From: Oligoflexales bacterium
GTDB lineage: Bacteria; Bdellovibrionota_B; Oligoflexia; Oligoflexales; Bog-1112
NCBI GenBank assembly: GCA_045105515.1
Contig: JBGCDR010000034.1
Coordinates: 3,888-67,887, forward strand
Direction of reading: 5' to 3'
DNA length: 64,000 bases
The stretch's first letter is position 1, and the number at the start of each line of letters is the position of its first letter. A program made the translations under genes and the position numbers. The notes below the pieces were generated by a model. It was not told the origin of the DNA. It was given only the letters and a program-made list of their open reading frames with translations, and did not search any database. This document shows positions 51,853 to 60,478 of the stretch, piece after piece.

Positions 51853-53034
51853 TTACAAAAACTGGACTGTTTTTTCAGGGGTGCTGTCGTCATCGAGCAA
51901 CAATGCTGCAAGCCAAAGAAAGTCTACCCCACTGTACTGACGGGTACAGTCTTTACCAGGGGAATACTCTTGGGAATCCCTCTGCCACAGGTAGTCAGCG
52001 CTACGATGACAGTTTTGTGGCAAGCTATCTTTGGGAAACTGAGGCATAGACAAAAGCTCTTCAAGCATAGCCACCTGCACTCTTTTATCGTAGACTCCCC
52101 CCATCTTCAGTCGAAGCCACTTAAAGAATAAATTCTTATGGTCAACCTCAAATAATTGTTGTGCTAGCCACATTTGCCGTTGCTTGTACATATTATGAAT
52201 AGTAAATGGACTCAAAACATTTGCGACTTCCCACATAAAACTTCTTGGCCCTCGCCATAGACCCTTTTCTTGATAAAGAGACTGGACCTCTAGCTCTAGC
52301 CATAGATGAAGAGCAAGGAGATGTGATGTGTAACCCCGTTTGGTAAATAAAGTATCAAACTCGAAGGTTGAAAAGCCTCGAGCAATGATTGGCGGGTGTT
52401 CCTCGATTTCGTAAAAGATCGACATTCTACGAAAAGTTTCTGCTAAGCCAGGGGTCAAAAAGCTAACATAGATTGGTCCATCACCAAAGTAGCCATCGTT
52501 GACTTCAACATAATTAAAAAACTGTTTAATCGTTTGATCGCTATTGGGCGGTGATTGACTAAGTGCGACCATAAGTCCAAGGATCATGTCCCGTGATGTC
52601 CAATGGTCACAGTTTGGATGTCTCTGCCATTTCCCAAGATTTTGCGATTTATTGATGCTCTGCCAAGCATTCTCAGCACGTCTTTGATAGCCTAACTTTT
52701 TTAGTGAGACATACCTGATAGATGAAAATAGAAGGCTATCGCACTCATCTCGGATTTTTCCATCAAGTAGTTCGCGATTAACAATCATTCCATCGAGGGT
52801 ATGAGCTCTTGCTATTTCACCCTCATAAAATAAGACCCGTTTATGGAGCTCTTGTTCAAGCTGTTGATAACGAAGCTCATCATAGCTCATAGCGTTAGCT
52901 ACCAAATCCTTAAGTAGGGCATTTGTATGGGATAGATTGCGAGAGTTTTGAATGACTTGAGTGATGATTATGACACCCAGCAAACCTAAAAATACTGGAA
53001 CAAATCCTCGTAGAATGTAGATAAAAAGACCCAA
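51853..53034 (-). CDS. Hypothetical membrane-anchored protein
   Basis: N-terminal TM; helical domain with W.RHP, SRDM, YLWQRD, SGVDFLW motifs. Confidence 0.8.
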   Translation of the reverse strand: MGLFIYILRGFVPVFLGLLGVIIITQVIQNSRNLSHTNALLKDLVANAMSYDELRYQQLEQELHKRVLFYEGEIARAHTLDGMIVNRELLDGKIRDECDSLLFSSIRYVSLKKLGYQRRAENAWQSINKSQNLGKWQRHPNCDHWTSRDMILGLMVALSQSPPNSDQTIKQFFNYVEVNDGYFGDGPIYVSFLTPGLAETFRRMSIFYEIEEHPPIIARGFSTFEFDTLFTKRGYTSHLLALHLWLELEVQSLYQEKGLWRGPRSFMWEVANVLSPFTIHNMYKQRQMWLAQQLFEVDHKNLFFKWLRLKMGGVYDKRVQVAMLEELLSMPQFPKDSLPQNCHRSADYLWQRDSQEYSPGKDCTRQYSGVDFLWLAALLLDDDSTPEKTVQFL

Positions 53035-53064
53035 GGTAAGCTCCTCCTTTATCCTACATGGTAT

Positions 53065-53091
53065 GTATCGGAAATTGGGGGAATTTATTGA
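53065..53091 (-). promoter_or_regulatory. Candidate sigma28 (FliA)-type promoter
   Basis: Minus strand TCAA-N15-TCCGATAC about 30 bp upstream of the 53034 start. Confidence 0.5.
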
Positions 53092-53329
53092 TATTTTAAA
53101 AATATTTTTACTTAATTTCTAAAATGATTGGATTTTATCAGTCTTATTGAGATTATAAAATGCACAGAATTCAATCTCTCAAGTAAGATTTCTCAGAAAA
53201 GTTGGGAAAATTCCTATTCTGTCTCGATGTTTCCTTCAAGGAATATTTCAGTGCAATTACTTGAAGAACGTACTATAACCAAGCTCGAGGAAACGAGCAT
53301 TGGTACAAAAAAAGCCGAAAAAGGGGACA

Positions 53330-54412
53330 ATGCCTATGAAATTTCCACATGGCAGTACTATCTGCACCATAGCTTTGGCCTTATGTTTGATCTTATCTCT
53401 CGATATTGCGCATGCAGGTTTCTGGTGCAGTTCTACTGGCTCTGCTGATAAAAAAGAAATACTCGACCCAGATTGCAAATCCCAAGAACAAAATAGCCTA
53501 AATGAAGCCATAGATGAGGCAGAGAATTACTTAAGCTTTGCAAAAGAAGATGTGCATTGGGATGAACAAGCTCTTTCTTTGCTTGCAAGGTTCTTAAAAG
53601 ATTATCGCATTCAAGAAAGCATCTGGCTTTTAAATCGTTATGGGCAAACTCAACTTGGTGACAAGTTAGAAGCTAGTTTAAAACATCTTTTACTCTGTGC
53701 TCCAATAAGTAGTAAAGAACCCCAGGGAGGAGGAGCTACCAAAACTTGGCTGCTAAGCTTCAATCATGTCGATTCACCAGATCTACAAATAAGAGCCATT
53801 TACAAACCTCAACAAGCAAACCTGTCTTCTCATGTTGGTTCTGAAGTTGCTACATACTTGGTCGACAGATTATTACAAACGGATATCGTTCCATTGACGA
53901 TTTCTAGGAAAGTGGATCAAAAAAAACTTGGCTCACTCCAATACTTTATTAAGGATGCAAAAAAAATATCGGACCCACACTTGCCTGATATGAATAAGCA
54001 TAAATCTGCTCAAATGTATTTGCTCGATTATTTAACAAAAAATATCGATCGAGGAGACTTCTACTCGCGAAGGAAAATAAAATTTGAATATAACTACCTC
54101 TACCTTCCTAGCTTAGATCAACCAATCGCAATAGATAATAGTTGGGCACTACGTGGCAATTTTCTTCCAGCAAAGCTCAAAAGGTATTGGGTCGACAAGC
54201 GTCATAGCTATGAAAAGAGCTATGTTTTTCCCCAAGACCAAGTTCCAGCAGCTGCTTTTTACACGCGGGTAAAAAACCTGAATGCTCAAATCCTCTACCA
54301 AACCTTGGACGGCATAATTGCTAAAGCAGCCATCAATAAGATATTGAAACGAAGAAGAAAGGTCCTAAGAGCTTTTGAAGCAGCTGCTCACCCGTCATTG
54401 CCAGGCGGCTGA
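53330..54412 (+). CDS. Exported atypical kinase (PI3K/PI4K-like fold)
   Basis: Signal peptide ending AHA; GGGAT, AIYKP, EVATYLVDRLL..DIVP.T, GSLQYF, LDYL..N.DR...N.L, AIDN. Confidence 0.7.
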   Translation: MPMKFPHGSTICTIALALCLILSLDIAHAGFWCSSTGSADKKEILDPDCKSQEQNSLNEAIDEAENYLSFAKEDVHWDEQALSLLARFLKDYRIQESIWLLNRYGQTQLGDKLEASLKHLLLCAPISSKEPQGGGATKTWLLSFNHVDSPDLQIRAIYKPQQANLSSHVGSEVATYLVDRLLQTDIVPLTISRKVDQKKLGSLQYFIKDAKKISDPHLPDMNKHKSAQMYLLDYLTKNIDRGDFYSRRKIKFEYNYLYLPSLDQPIAIDNSWALRGNFLPAKLKRYWVDKRHSYEKSYVFPQDQVPAAAFYTRVKNLNAQILYQTLDGIIAKAAINKILKRRRKVLRAFEAAAHPSLPGG

Positions 54413-54450
54413 AGTTTTAGGAAAGCGGGGTGACCAACCGTGACAAATAC

Positions 54451-54482
54451 AAAAACCCTCCTTTGCTAAAACTAAGGAGGGT
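54451..54482 (-). terminator. Intrinsic terminator of rpmI-rplT
   Basis: ACCCTCCTT/AAGGAGGGT stem followed by a T-run on the minus strand. Confidence 0.8.
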
Positions 54483-54507
54483 AAGGTGGGGACAAAAATA
54501 AGAGTTG

Positions 54508-54867
54508 CTACTTCGCGAGCGCTACTTTAGCTTTCGATACCAATGCAGTGAAACCTGCCTGATCGTTGATTGCCATGTCAGCTAAAACACTGCGGTCAAG
54601 CTCAATGCCAGACTTCTTCAGTCCATTCATGAACTCAGAATATTTTAGGCCAGCTGCTCTAGTTGCAGCGTTAATTCTGATAATCCATAGTCTGCGGAAC
54701 TCACGCTTTTTAACACGACGATCGCGGTATGCAAATGCAAGCGCTCTCTTGACTACGTGAATAGCCGTTTTAAAACGGTTGTTACGAGACCCTCTAAAAC
54801 CTTTCGCAAGGTCTAAAACTCTTTTCCTTCTACGTCGCGCTTTAAAGCCGCGTTTAACTCGAGACAT
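54508..54867 (-). CDS. rplT: 50S ribosomal protein L20
   Basis: [28 protein letters not shown]. Confidence 0.99.
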   Translation of the reverse strand: MSRVKRGFKARRRRKRVLDLAKGFRGSRNNRFKTAIHVVKRALAFAYRDRRVKKREFRRLWIIRINAATRAAGLKYSEFMNGLKKSGIELDRSVLADMAINDQAGFTALVSKAKVALAK

Positions 54868-54924
54868 TTTACGGTATCCTATTGATCCAATTAATGAATT
54901 TTTCTAGTAATCAGAGATCACACC

Positions 54925-55122
54925 TTAGCCATTTGGCAGGCAACGCATGACTAATCCTTTGTCAGCGTCTTTCACATAGCTACCTTTTTTAAGCCTGTTC
55001 TTTCTGTTCTTTGGCTTCTTAGTAGAAATGTGCTCGTGGTTAGAGCGATCGTGCTTGATTTTTCCAGAAGGCTTAACTCTAAAGCGTTTAGCAGCAGCCT
55101 TTTTAGTCTTTAATTTAGGCAT
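54925..55122 (-). CDS. rpmI: 50S ribosomal protein L35
   Basis: MPKLKTKKAAAKRF; SD GAGG. Confidence 0.97.
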   Translation of the reverse strand: MPKLKTKKAAAKRFRVKPSGKIKHDRSNHEHISTKKPKNRKNRLKKGSYVKDADKGLVMRCLPNG

Positions 55123-55443
55123 CTTACTTTCCTCGGTTTCATTCAAACCGTTAGCTTCCAACATTCCCACAAATAACGGGGGCCCCTTTGTCTATCACTT
55201 CTAATTCTGCTGCGCAAGTGCAAAGGACAAAAATATCCAAAAGCGATTGAGAATGCAAGAACAGGTAGCAAGGTCTTTAGAATCCTTGCTCCCAATTCAA
55301 AAATAAAAGTATGGAATTTAGGAGATGAACCTCAAAACCCCATTGGTCTTGGCTTTTCCCGTAACCCCCAAAGCCTTTCGCAGAAAGGTTGTACGGGGAT
55401 CTCCTTATAGAGCATAGGAAATCAGCGAAAAAGCTGAAACACA

Positions 55444-56247
55444 TTATTGCGGAGAAACAATTGCAATGCGCGCATTTGCTAAGATAGCCGCGCTATCCTG
55501 AATCGCCTCTTTCCATGAAAACCCCTGCACCTCAAACACCCCGGGGCCTTTTGGAGTCATAGGCAAAGAAACAGGCTTCGGCCCAACTGCACCCGTAAGC
55601 TCATCCCGGCTAGGCTTCACAAACCACTTTCCCATCAGATACTTTTCGTAAGCCTCCTTCGAAACGTCAGTCACTTGAAATAATACCCGTCCTGTTTCAT
55701 CAACAAGCTTATAATTTGAAATAGGTTTCAAAGGTTTAGTTGAACGAATGACTAAACCACTGAATCGACTCCCTGATAAGGAGGGGGCTTTTTCTTGTTT
55801 AAAACTTATATCTTGGCGTTTTAAAGCTCTAGCGAGGCTATTTTCCAGGTAAACCACAACGGAACCATCCTCAAAATACTTATTACGATAAGAGTAAGTA
55901 GAGCTGGCTATACGATCTCCTGCTGCCTTGCCACTCTGTTCAGCAAGAGTTTGATCCACATTCAAAGCCAAGAGCTGTTCTTTATGATAAACAGCGACCG
56001 CATCGCGTATGGCCAACAATCCTTCATTCCAAGCTTTTTTCTCTACTTCAGAATAAGGTTGATTACCAGTCTCCGGTTTTCCTTTGCCAAAAAACCTAAT
56101 TCTCAAACTTCCCCAATCAATTTCGAACCTTTCAGTCTTTTCCGTGAACGGCTTTGCATATACACTATAAGAGAATGGAAGGACTGCGAGTAAGATACTT
56201 GTGAGCTTTAAGACCATTAATGTGTTTGTTGCTGATGTTTTTTTCAT
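55444..56247 (-). CDS. Exported hypothetical protein (LPP20-like C-terminus, tentative)
   Basis: Signal peptide; IDW...G.G and FSGLVI...P...LVDE.G..LF motifs. Confidence 0.6.
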   Translation of the reverse strand: MKKTSATNTLMVLKLTSILLAVLPFSYSVYAKPFTEKTERFEIDWGSLRIRFFGKGKPETGNQPYSEVEKKAWNEGLLAIRDAVAVYHKEQLLALNVDQTLAEQSGKAAGDRIASSTYSYRNKYFEDGSVVVYLENSLARALKRQDISFKQEKAPSLSGSRFSGLVIRSTKPLKPISNYKLVDETGRVLFQVTDVSKEAYEKYLMGKWFVKPSRDELTGAVGPKPVSLPMTPKGPGVFEVQGFSWKEAIQDSAAILANARIAIVSPQ

Positions 56248-56371
56248 AATATTAGCCAAACCCTTAAGTATGTTTACGAGAGCCCGAAGAAACCTAATCT
56301 CCATTTTAAAGATTATGGATAAAAAACGGAAGATCCTTTAGATACTGTCATCATAAACCAAAGGTAGACTC

Positions 56372-57955
56372 ATGGAACAATACCAAACTGCAATACTATT
56401 AGGCCTCGCTTCAGTGGCGGTAGGATTTCTATTTTTCCTGCTAGTTTTAAAGCTCCTACCCTACTTGGAACGGCGCGAAAACCTTGCCCAAAGAGAAGAA
56501 GTTATCAAAGAAGCCAAACGCCAACAGGCTGCTATCATTGAAGATGCAAAACAACAAGCCATCGAAAATGAAAAGCTGATGTTCGAGGACCTCGATGCCT
56601 CTATCGCCCAACAAAAAGAAGACCTGATCACTGAGGAGGAAGCCCTTGGAGCGCAGGAGTCTTATTACGAACAAGAGCAAAAGCGCATTGTAAAAATTGA
56701 GAACACGATCAATGAAAAGGCTAAGCACCTCAATTCTGTGGAAGGCCAGGCAGAGGAAGCAAAAAAAGAAGTGCAAGCCAGCAAGCAGCTGCTTATCCAA
56801 GCCCTGGAGAAAGTAGCTGATCTGAATGCCAAAAATACCACTGATAGTATTGCCAACCAATACCGAGAAAACCGGCAACTAGAGTGCCAAAAAGTCCTTA
56901 AATCACTGCAAGAAGAGTTAAACTCCTCATCTCGCAAAAGAGCCCAAAGAGTCCTGGACCGGGTACATGCACGCTATGCTCCTAATTTTGTTTGGCCCAA
57001 AGCAGTGAACGTTGTGGAGGTGCCCAATGAAAAATCCATGTCCTATGTCAATCAAGATTCATGCAAACTGCTGGATGACTTGGCTGAACTTTCCGGCACC
57101 ACTATCAAGCTTATCGGCGGAGGCAATGAAGATCAGAAGTCCCAGGGAATTTTAAAAGTTGCTGGCGGATATGGCATCTACAAAGAAGCTGCTCGCTTAG
57201 CTTTAGCCGAATTGATCAACCAGCCACCAAACCAGTGGAATAGAGCTCAAGGGCTCTATAACAAACACCGCGCTAGACTTGAAGGGGAGGCTGTTATCCT
57301 CGGAAAAAAAGCGGTGCGCCAGCTACAGCTAGATGGCATTCATCCAGAAGTTCAAAAACTCATTGGCGCCTTAAACTGGCGTACCAGTTACCGGCAAAAC
57401 CAGTGGCATCATACAGTTGAAGTTGCGGTATTTGCTGGCATCATAGCAAACGAACTGGGTGTTGACCCTGAGCTGGGCAAGCGTGTTGGCTTGCTTCACG
57501 ACATTGGCAAAGCTATCGACTATCGTATTGAAGGCAGCCATGCGGTTATCAGTGGTGATTATGCCGATCGTTACGGCGAGACCCGTTTGATCTGCGATAC
57601 TGTTATGTCGCACCATGCAGACCTATTGGTTGAATCCGCTCTAGCTTATGTTCTGCGCGCAGCTGACACCCTATCTGGCGCGCGCCCTGGTGCCCGTGTT
57701 AATCTAGAAGAAGGATACCAAATCCGGCTTGATGCCATCGCTGAAGCGGTAAAAAGCTTTGGTGGCATCTCAGACATGGCAATTATGAATGGAGGCCGAG
57801 AGGTACATGTCCAGGTGAACCACAAAGCAGTTTCGGAAAACGAAGTACAGGCCCTCACAGAGTCGATTGCAAGAAAAATAGAAGAAGATGTGGCTTATCC
57901 AGGTCAAATCAAAGTACTTGTAAGCCGCAGCTTTGAATCCATATCGGTGGCTTAA
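56372..57955 (+). CDS. rny: Ribonuclease Y (HD-domain), divergent KH region
   Basis: ATG GAA CAA TAC reads on the + strand at 56372 (ORF track strand label is wrong); N-terminal TM, coiled coil, RTSY.QN..H..EV, LLHDIGKA, AAD.LSGARPGAR, YPGQIKV. Confidence 0.92.
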   Translation: MEQYQTAILLGLASVAVGFLFFLLVLKLLPYLERRENLAQREEVIKEAKRQQAAIIEDAKQQAIENEKLMFEDLDASIAQQKEDLITEEEALGAQESYYEQEQKRIVKIENTINEKAKHLNSVEGQAEEAKKEVQASKQLLIQALEKVADLNAKNTTDSIANQYRENRQLECQKVLKSLQEELNSSSRKRAQRVLDRVHARYAPNFVWPKAVNVVEVPNEKSMSYVNQDSCKLLDDLAELSGTTIKLIGGGNEDQKSQGILKVAGGYGIYKEAARLALAELINQPPNQWNRAQGLYNKHRARLEGEAVILGKKAVRQLQLDGIHPEVQKLIGALNWRTSYRQNQWHHTVEVAVFAGIIANELGVDPELGKRVGLLHDIGKAIDYRIEGSHAVISGDYADRYGETRLICDTVMSHHADLLVESALAYVLRAADTLSGARPGARVNLEEGYQIRLDAIAEAVKSFGGISDMAIMNGGREVHVQVNHKAVSENEVQALTESIARKIEEDVAYPGQIKVLVSRSFESISVA

Positions 57956-58683
57956 TGAACTTAGACCGGCAAGAACTAGCGCAGATTACTCAAAAGTCGC
58001 GAGCGTTTTTGCGGCAACAAAAATACCAAGCAGCAGAAAACCTCCTAAAAAGCAGCCTCAGCAGATACAAAAACCCACCTCACCTTCATAACCTACTGGG
58101 GCTCGTTTACCACAAGCAGTCGAAATTTCCGGAAGCTCTGAAACAATTCCGCAAAGCTCACCTAGGAAACCCTGAGTATCTCGAAGCGATCCTCAACCTA
58201 AGCATCACCCTCTGTGACTTGGGCTGCTATGACGAAGCTAGAGAAGTTTACAAGCAGCTACGTAAGCATCCAGCAACTGCCGAAGCTAAAGAAAACCCTG
58301 CTCTCAACGGACGCTTAGCGAACACTCACGTCCAGGTCGCTGAAGCTTACCTGCAGATAGGAAAACTAAACGAAGCAGTACACGAGTTTCGCAAGGCACT
58401 TAAAATTTACCAATTTATGCCGGACGTTCAGCTGCAGTTAGCTAAGTGCCTGATGAAACTAGCTCAAGATGATCTGGCAAAAAAGGAGCTGGTGGACTTG
58501 GAAAGGAATTTTCCTAGCTATGCTCCTGCTAAAATCTACCTAGGTCTTTTGCTCTATAAACAAGGCCAAAATCATCTCGCCAAAAACGCGTGGGAGCGTG
58601 CCCATAGCAATAGCCCCGAAGACCCCACCGCCAGAGCTTATATGAAGCTAGCCAAAGACTGGCCTAGCGACCCACCACTTTGA
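57955..58683 (+). CDS. TPR-repeat protein
   Basis: Multiple TPRs (HNLLGLVYHKQSKFPEAL...); TAATG overlap with rny. Confidence 0.88.
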   Translation: MNLDRQELAQITQKSRAFLRQQKYQAAENLLKSSLSRYKNPPHLHNLLGLVYHKQSKFPEALKQFRKAHLGNPEYLEAILNLSITLCDLGCYDEAREVYKQLRKHPATAEAKENPALNGRLANTHVQVAEAYLQIGKLNEAVHEFRKALKIYQFMPDVQLQLAKCLMKLAQDDLAKKELVDLERNFPSYAPAKIYLGLLLYKQGQNHLAKNAWERAHSNSPEDPTARAYMKLAKDWPSDPPL

Positions 58684-58703
58684 ACATAAACCAAGACACA
58701 ACT

Positions 58704-58759
58704 GTTATGGCGACCCACCTTTCGTTGCTTTAGCGAAGGAAGGGAGTGGAGCCATCTCC
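58704..58759 (+). repeat. REP-like palindromic repeat (long-loop variant)
   Basis: GTTATGGCGACC...GTGGAGCCATCTCC; stem ATGGC/GCCAT with internal hairpin CCTTTCG...CGAAGG. Confidence 0.7.
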
Positions 58760-58770
58760 GTCAAGCAAAC

Positions 58771-58797
58771 TACAGATTTTGCACAAGTTTCCGATTA
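58771..58797 (+). promoter_or_regulatory. Candidate sigma28 (FliA)-type promoter
   Basis: TACA-N15-TCCGATTA upstream of ATG 58824. Confidence 0.5.
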
Positions 58798-58823
58798 AGA
58801 GAACGAGGGGGTTCCGTATACTA

Positions 58824-60338
58824 ATGACCGACACTAGTGCATACAATATAGCGGAAATTAAGGCGGTTATCGTTGATGACCAAGATCCCATCCGCAAAGC
58901 CATGAAGCGAATCCTAGCCAGCATGGGAATTGTTAATATTATCGAATGCTTTGATGGGGAAGAAGCCCTCAAAGAGTTATCTCGTCACCCTGACATCGAC
59001 CTAATTCTTATCGATCTCTATATGCGTAAGGTCAATGGTTTCGATGTCTTACATTATATTAGAAGCAGAGCTATCAGGGCTGACATCCCGGTGATTATTG
59101 TCACTGGTGAAGCAAGCAAAGAAGATATCGTCAAAGCAAGCGACATGGGCGCAGACGACTACATCATTAAACCTTTTCAGGCTGAAGCAATGACCACCAA
59201 GGTCAATCAAGTGCTTCACAAGTTCTACTCACCTGCTCCTGCTCTGCAAAAGCTGCGCGAAGGGGACCGCCATATGATGGCAAAGCAGATCAAACAGGCT
59301 GCAAAACTTTATCAAGAGGCAATGGAATTGGACCCATCGAGTCTGCGTGCTCGCCACAGCTACGCGGTTTCTTTATTTCGTTGTAAACGGATAGACAAAG
59401 CCATCACTTTGTTGAACGAAAACATCAAAGAGTCAGCCACCTACTACCGCAACTACGCAACTCTTGCAGATATTTATGTGTATAAAAAAGACTACTCAGA
59501 CGCCATCCACCAACTCAGCAAGGAACTTGAGTACAACCCTAAACAGCCGAGCAGACAAAACCTTATAGCCCGGCTACTTCTGGCTCAAAACGACACAGTA
59601 GGAGCCATAGAGCATTATCGCGAGACCTTAAGAGAAGATGTTAAGGACAAAGATGCTCTTTTAGGAATAGGTGAAGCCTTTGCCCTCTCCGATGACATAA
59701 ACAAAGCATGCTATTATTTCAAACGTCTGCGTCGCTACTACCCCAATGAAAGTAAGTCACTACAAGCAATTATCACCTACTGTACCCAAGCTGGGGAAAT
59801 CAACAAAGCTGAAGCCATTTTGAGGGAGGAGCGCAAAGCTCACCCAGAGAGACTCGATGCGCACATATACATGGCTCGTTTTTACCTGAGCGCTGGACGC
59901 CTACCAGAAGCAATCCAGGCTCTTGAACCAGTATTTAAAATTGAAAATGAACACCCAGAGGCCTGGAAGGTTAAAGCTGCTATTGAAATGAAGCGAAAAA
60001 ATTATCTGAAGGCCAAAGAAGCTCTGAGCATTGTAGTAAAACGCAAACCAGAGCTAGAGAGCTACTTAGCCTTGGCTGAGTGTATGCAGCGCTTAAAAGA
60101 ATTCAAACCTAGTGTCAATATTTTACACCGAGCACTATTTATCGCCCCACATAACCCCACTGCACTATTCCTCACCGCCCAGGCTCTGAAGAAGAGCAAG
60201 CAAATCACCAAGGCCCTATTATTATATAAAGTAGCCAAAAAATGTGGCGCTGATCCCATGAAGTGTAATAAAAATATGAAAACATGTTGGGATTATATAA
60301 GCCTACGCCGTAAGAATGCTTTTAAGATTAGCGCTTAA
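58824..60338 (+). CDS. Response regulator receiver domain fused to TPR repeats
   Basis: IVDD, LILID.YM...G, IIVT, GADDYIIKPF; C-terminal TPR array; SD GAGGGG before ATG 58824. Confidence 0.9.
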   Translation: MTDTSAYNIAEIKAVIVDDQDPIRKAMKRILASMGIVNIIECFDGEEALKELSRHPDIDLILIDLYMRKVNGFDVLHYIRSRAIRADIPVIIVTGEASKEDIVKASDMGADDYIIKPFQAEAMTTKVNQVLHKFYSPAPALQKLREGDRHMMAKQIKQAAKLYQEAMELDPSSLRARHSYAVSLFRCKRIDKAITLLNENIKESATYYRNYATLADIYVYKKDYSDAIHQLSKELEYNPKQPSRQNLIARLLLAQNDTVGAIEHYRETLREDVKDKDALLGIGEAFALSDDINKACYYFKRLRRYYPNESKSLQAIITYCTQAGEINKAEAILREERKAHPERLDAHIYMARFYLSAGRLPEAIQALEPVFKIENEHPEAWKVKAAIEMKRKNYLKAKEALSIVVKRKPELESYLALAECMQRLKEFKPSVNILHRALFIAPHNPTALFLTAQALKKSKQITKALLLYKVAKKCGADPMKCNKNMKTCWDYISLRRKNAFKISA

Positions 60339-60363
60339 ATTCACCCATGCCTCAGGGACTGTC

Positions 60364-60404
60364 GTCATGCCAACCCAGCAACAGCGAGTGGAGGCAACTC
60401 CCAC
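60364..60404 (+). repeat. REP-like palindromic repeat
   Basis: (C)GTCATGCCAACCCAGCAACAGCGAGTGGAGGCAACTCCCAC. Confidence 0.7.
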
Positions 60405-60478
60405 GGACAAGCTTCATACCGACGCCGAAGGCGGTCAGGGCATCTCCTATAAAGCACGCCAAAAGAAAGAGAAAAAAC

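Noticed and set aside
53128-53448. 106-aa ORF overlapping the kinase start
   Set aside because: TTG start in AT-rich intergenic DNA and out-of-frame overlap with a better supported gene.
55320-55405. c-di-GMP-I, TPP or glycine riboswitch
   Set aside because: Their conserved core motifs are not present on either strand.
56372-57955. ORF track lists the 527-aa ORF on the minus strand
   Set aside because: The + strand reads ATG GAA CAA TAC CAA at 56372 and ends TAA at 57953-57955, matching the given protein, so it is a + strand gene.
58746-58823. N-terminal extension of the response regulator (likewise 60347-60478 for the UDG-like gene)
   Set aside because: The extensions run through REP-like repeats or promoter sequence; the downstream ATGs fit better.
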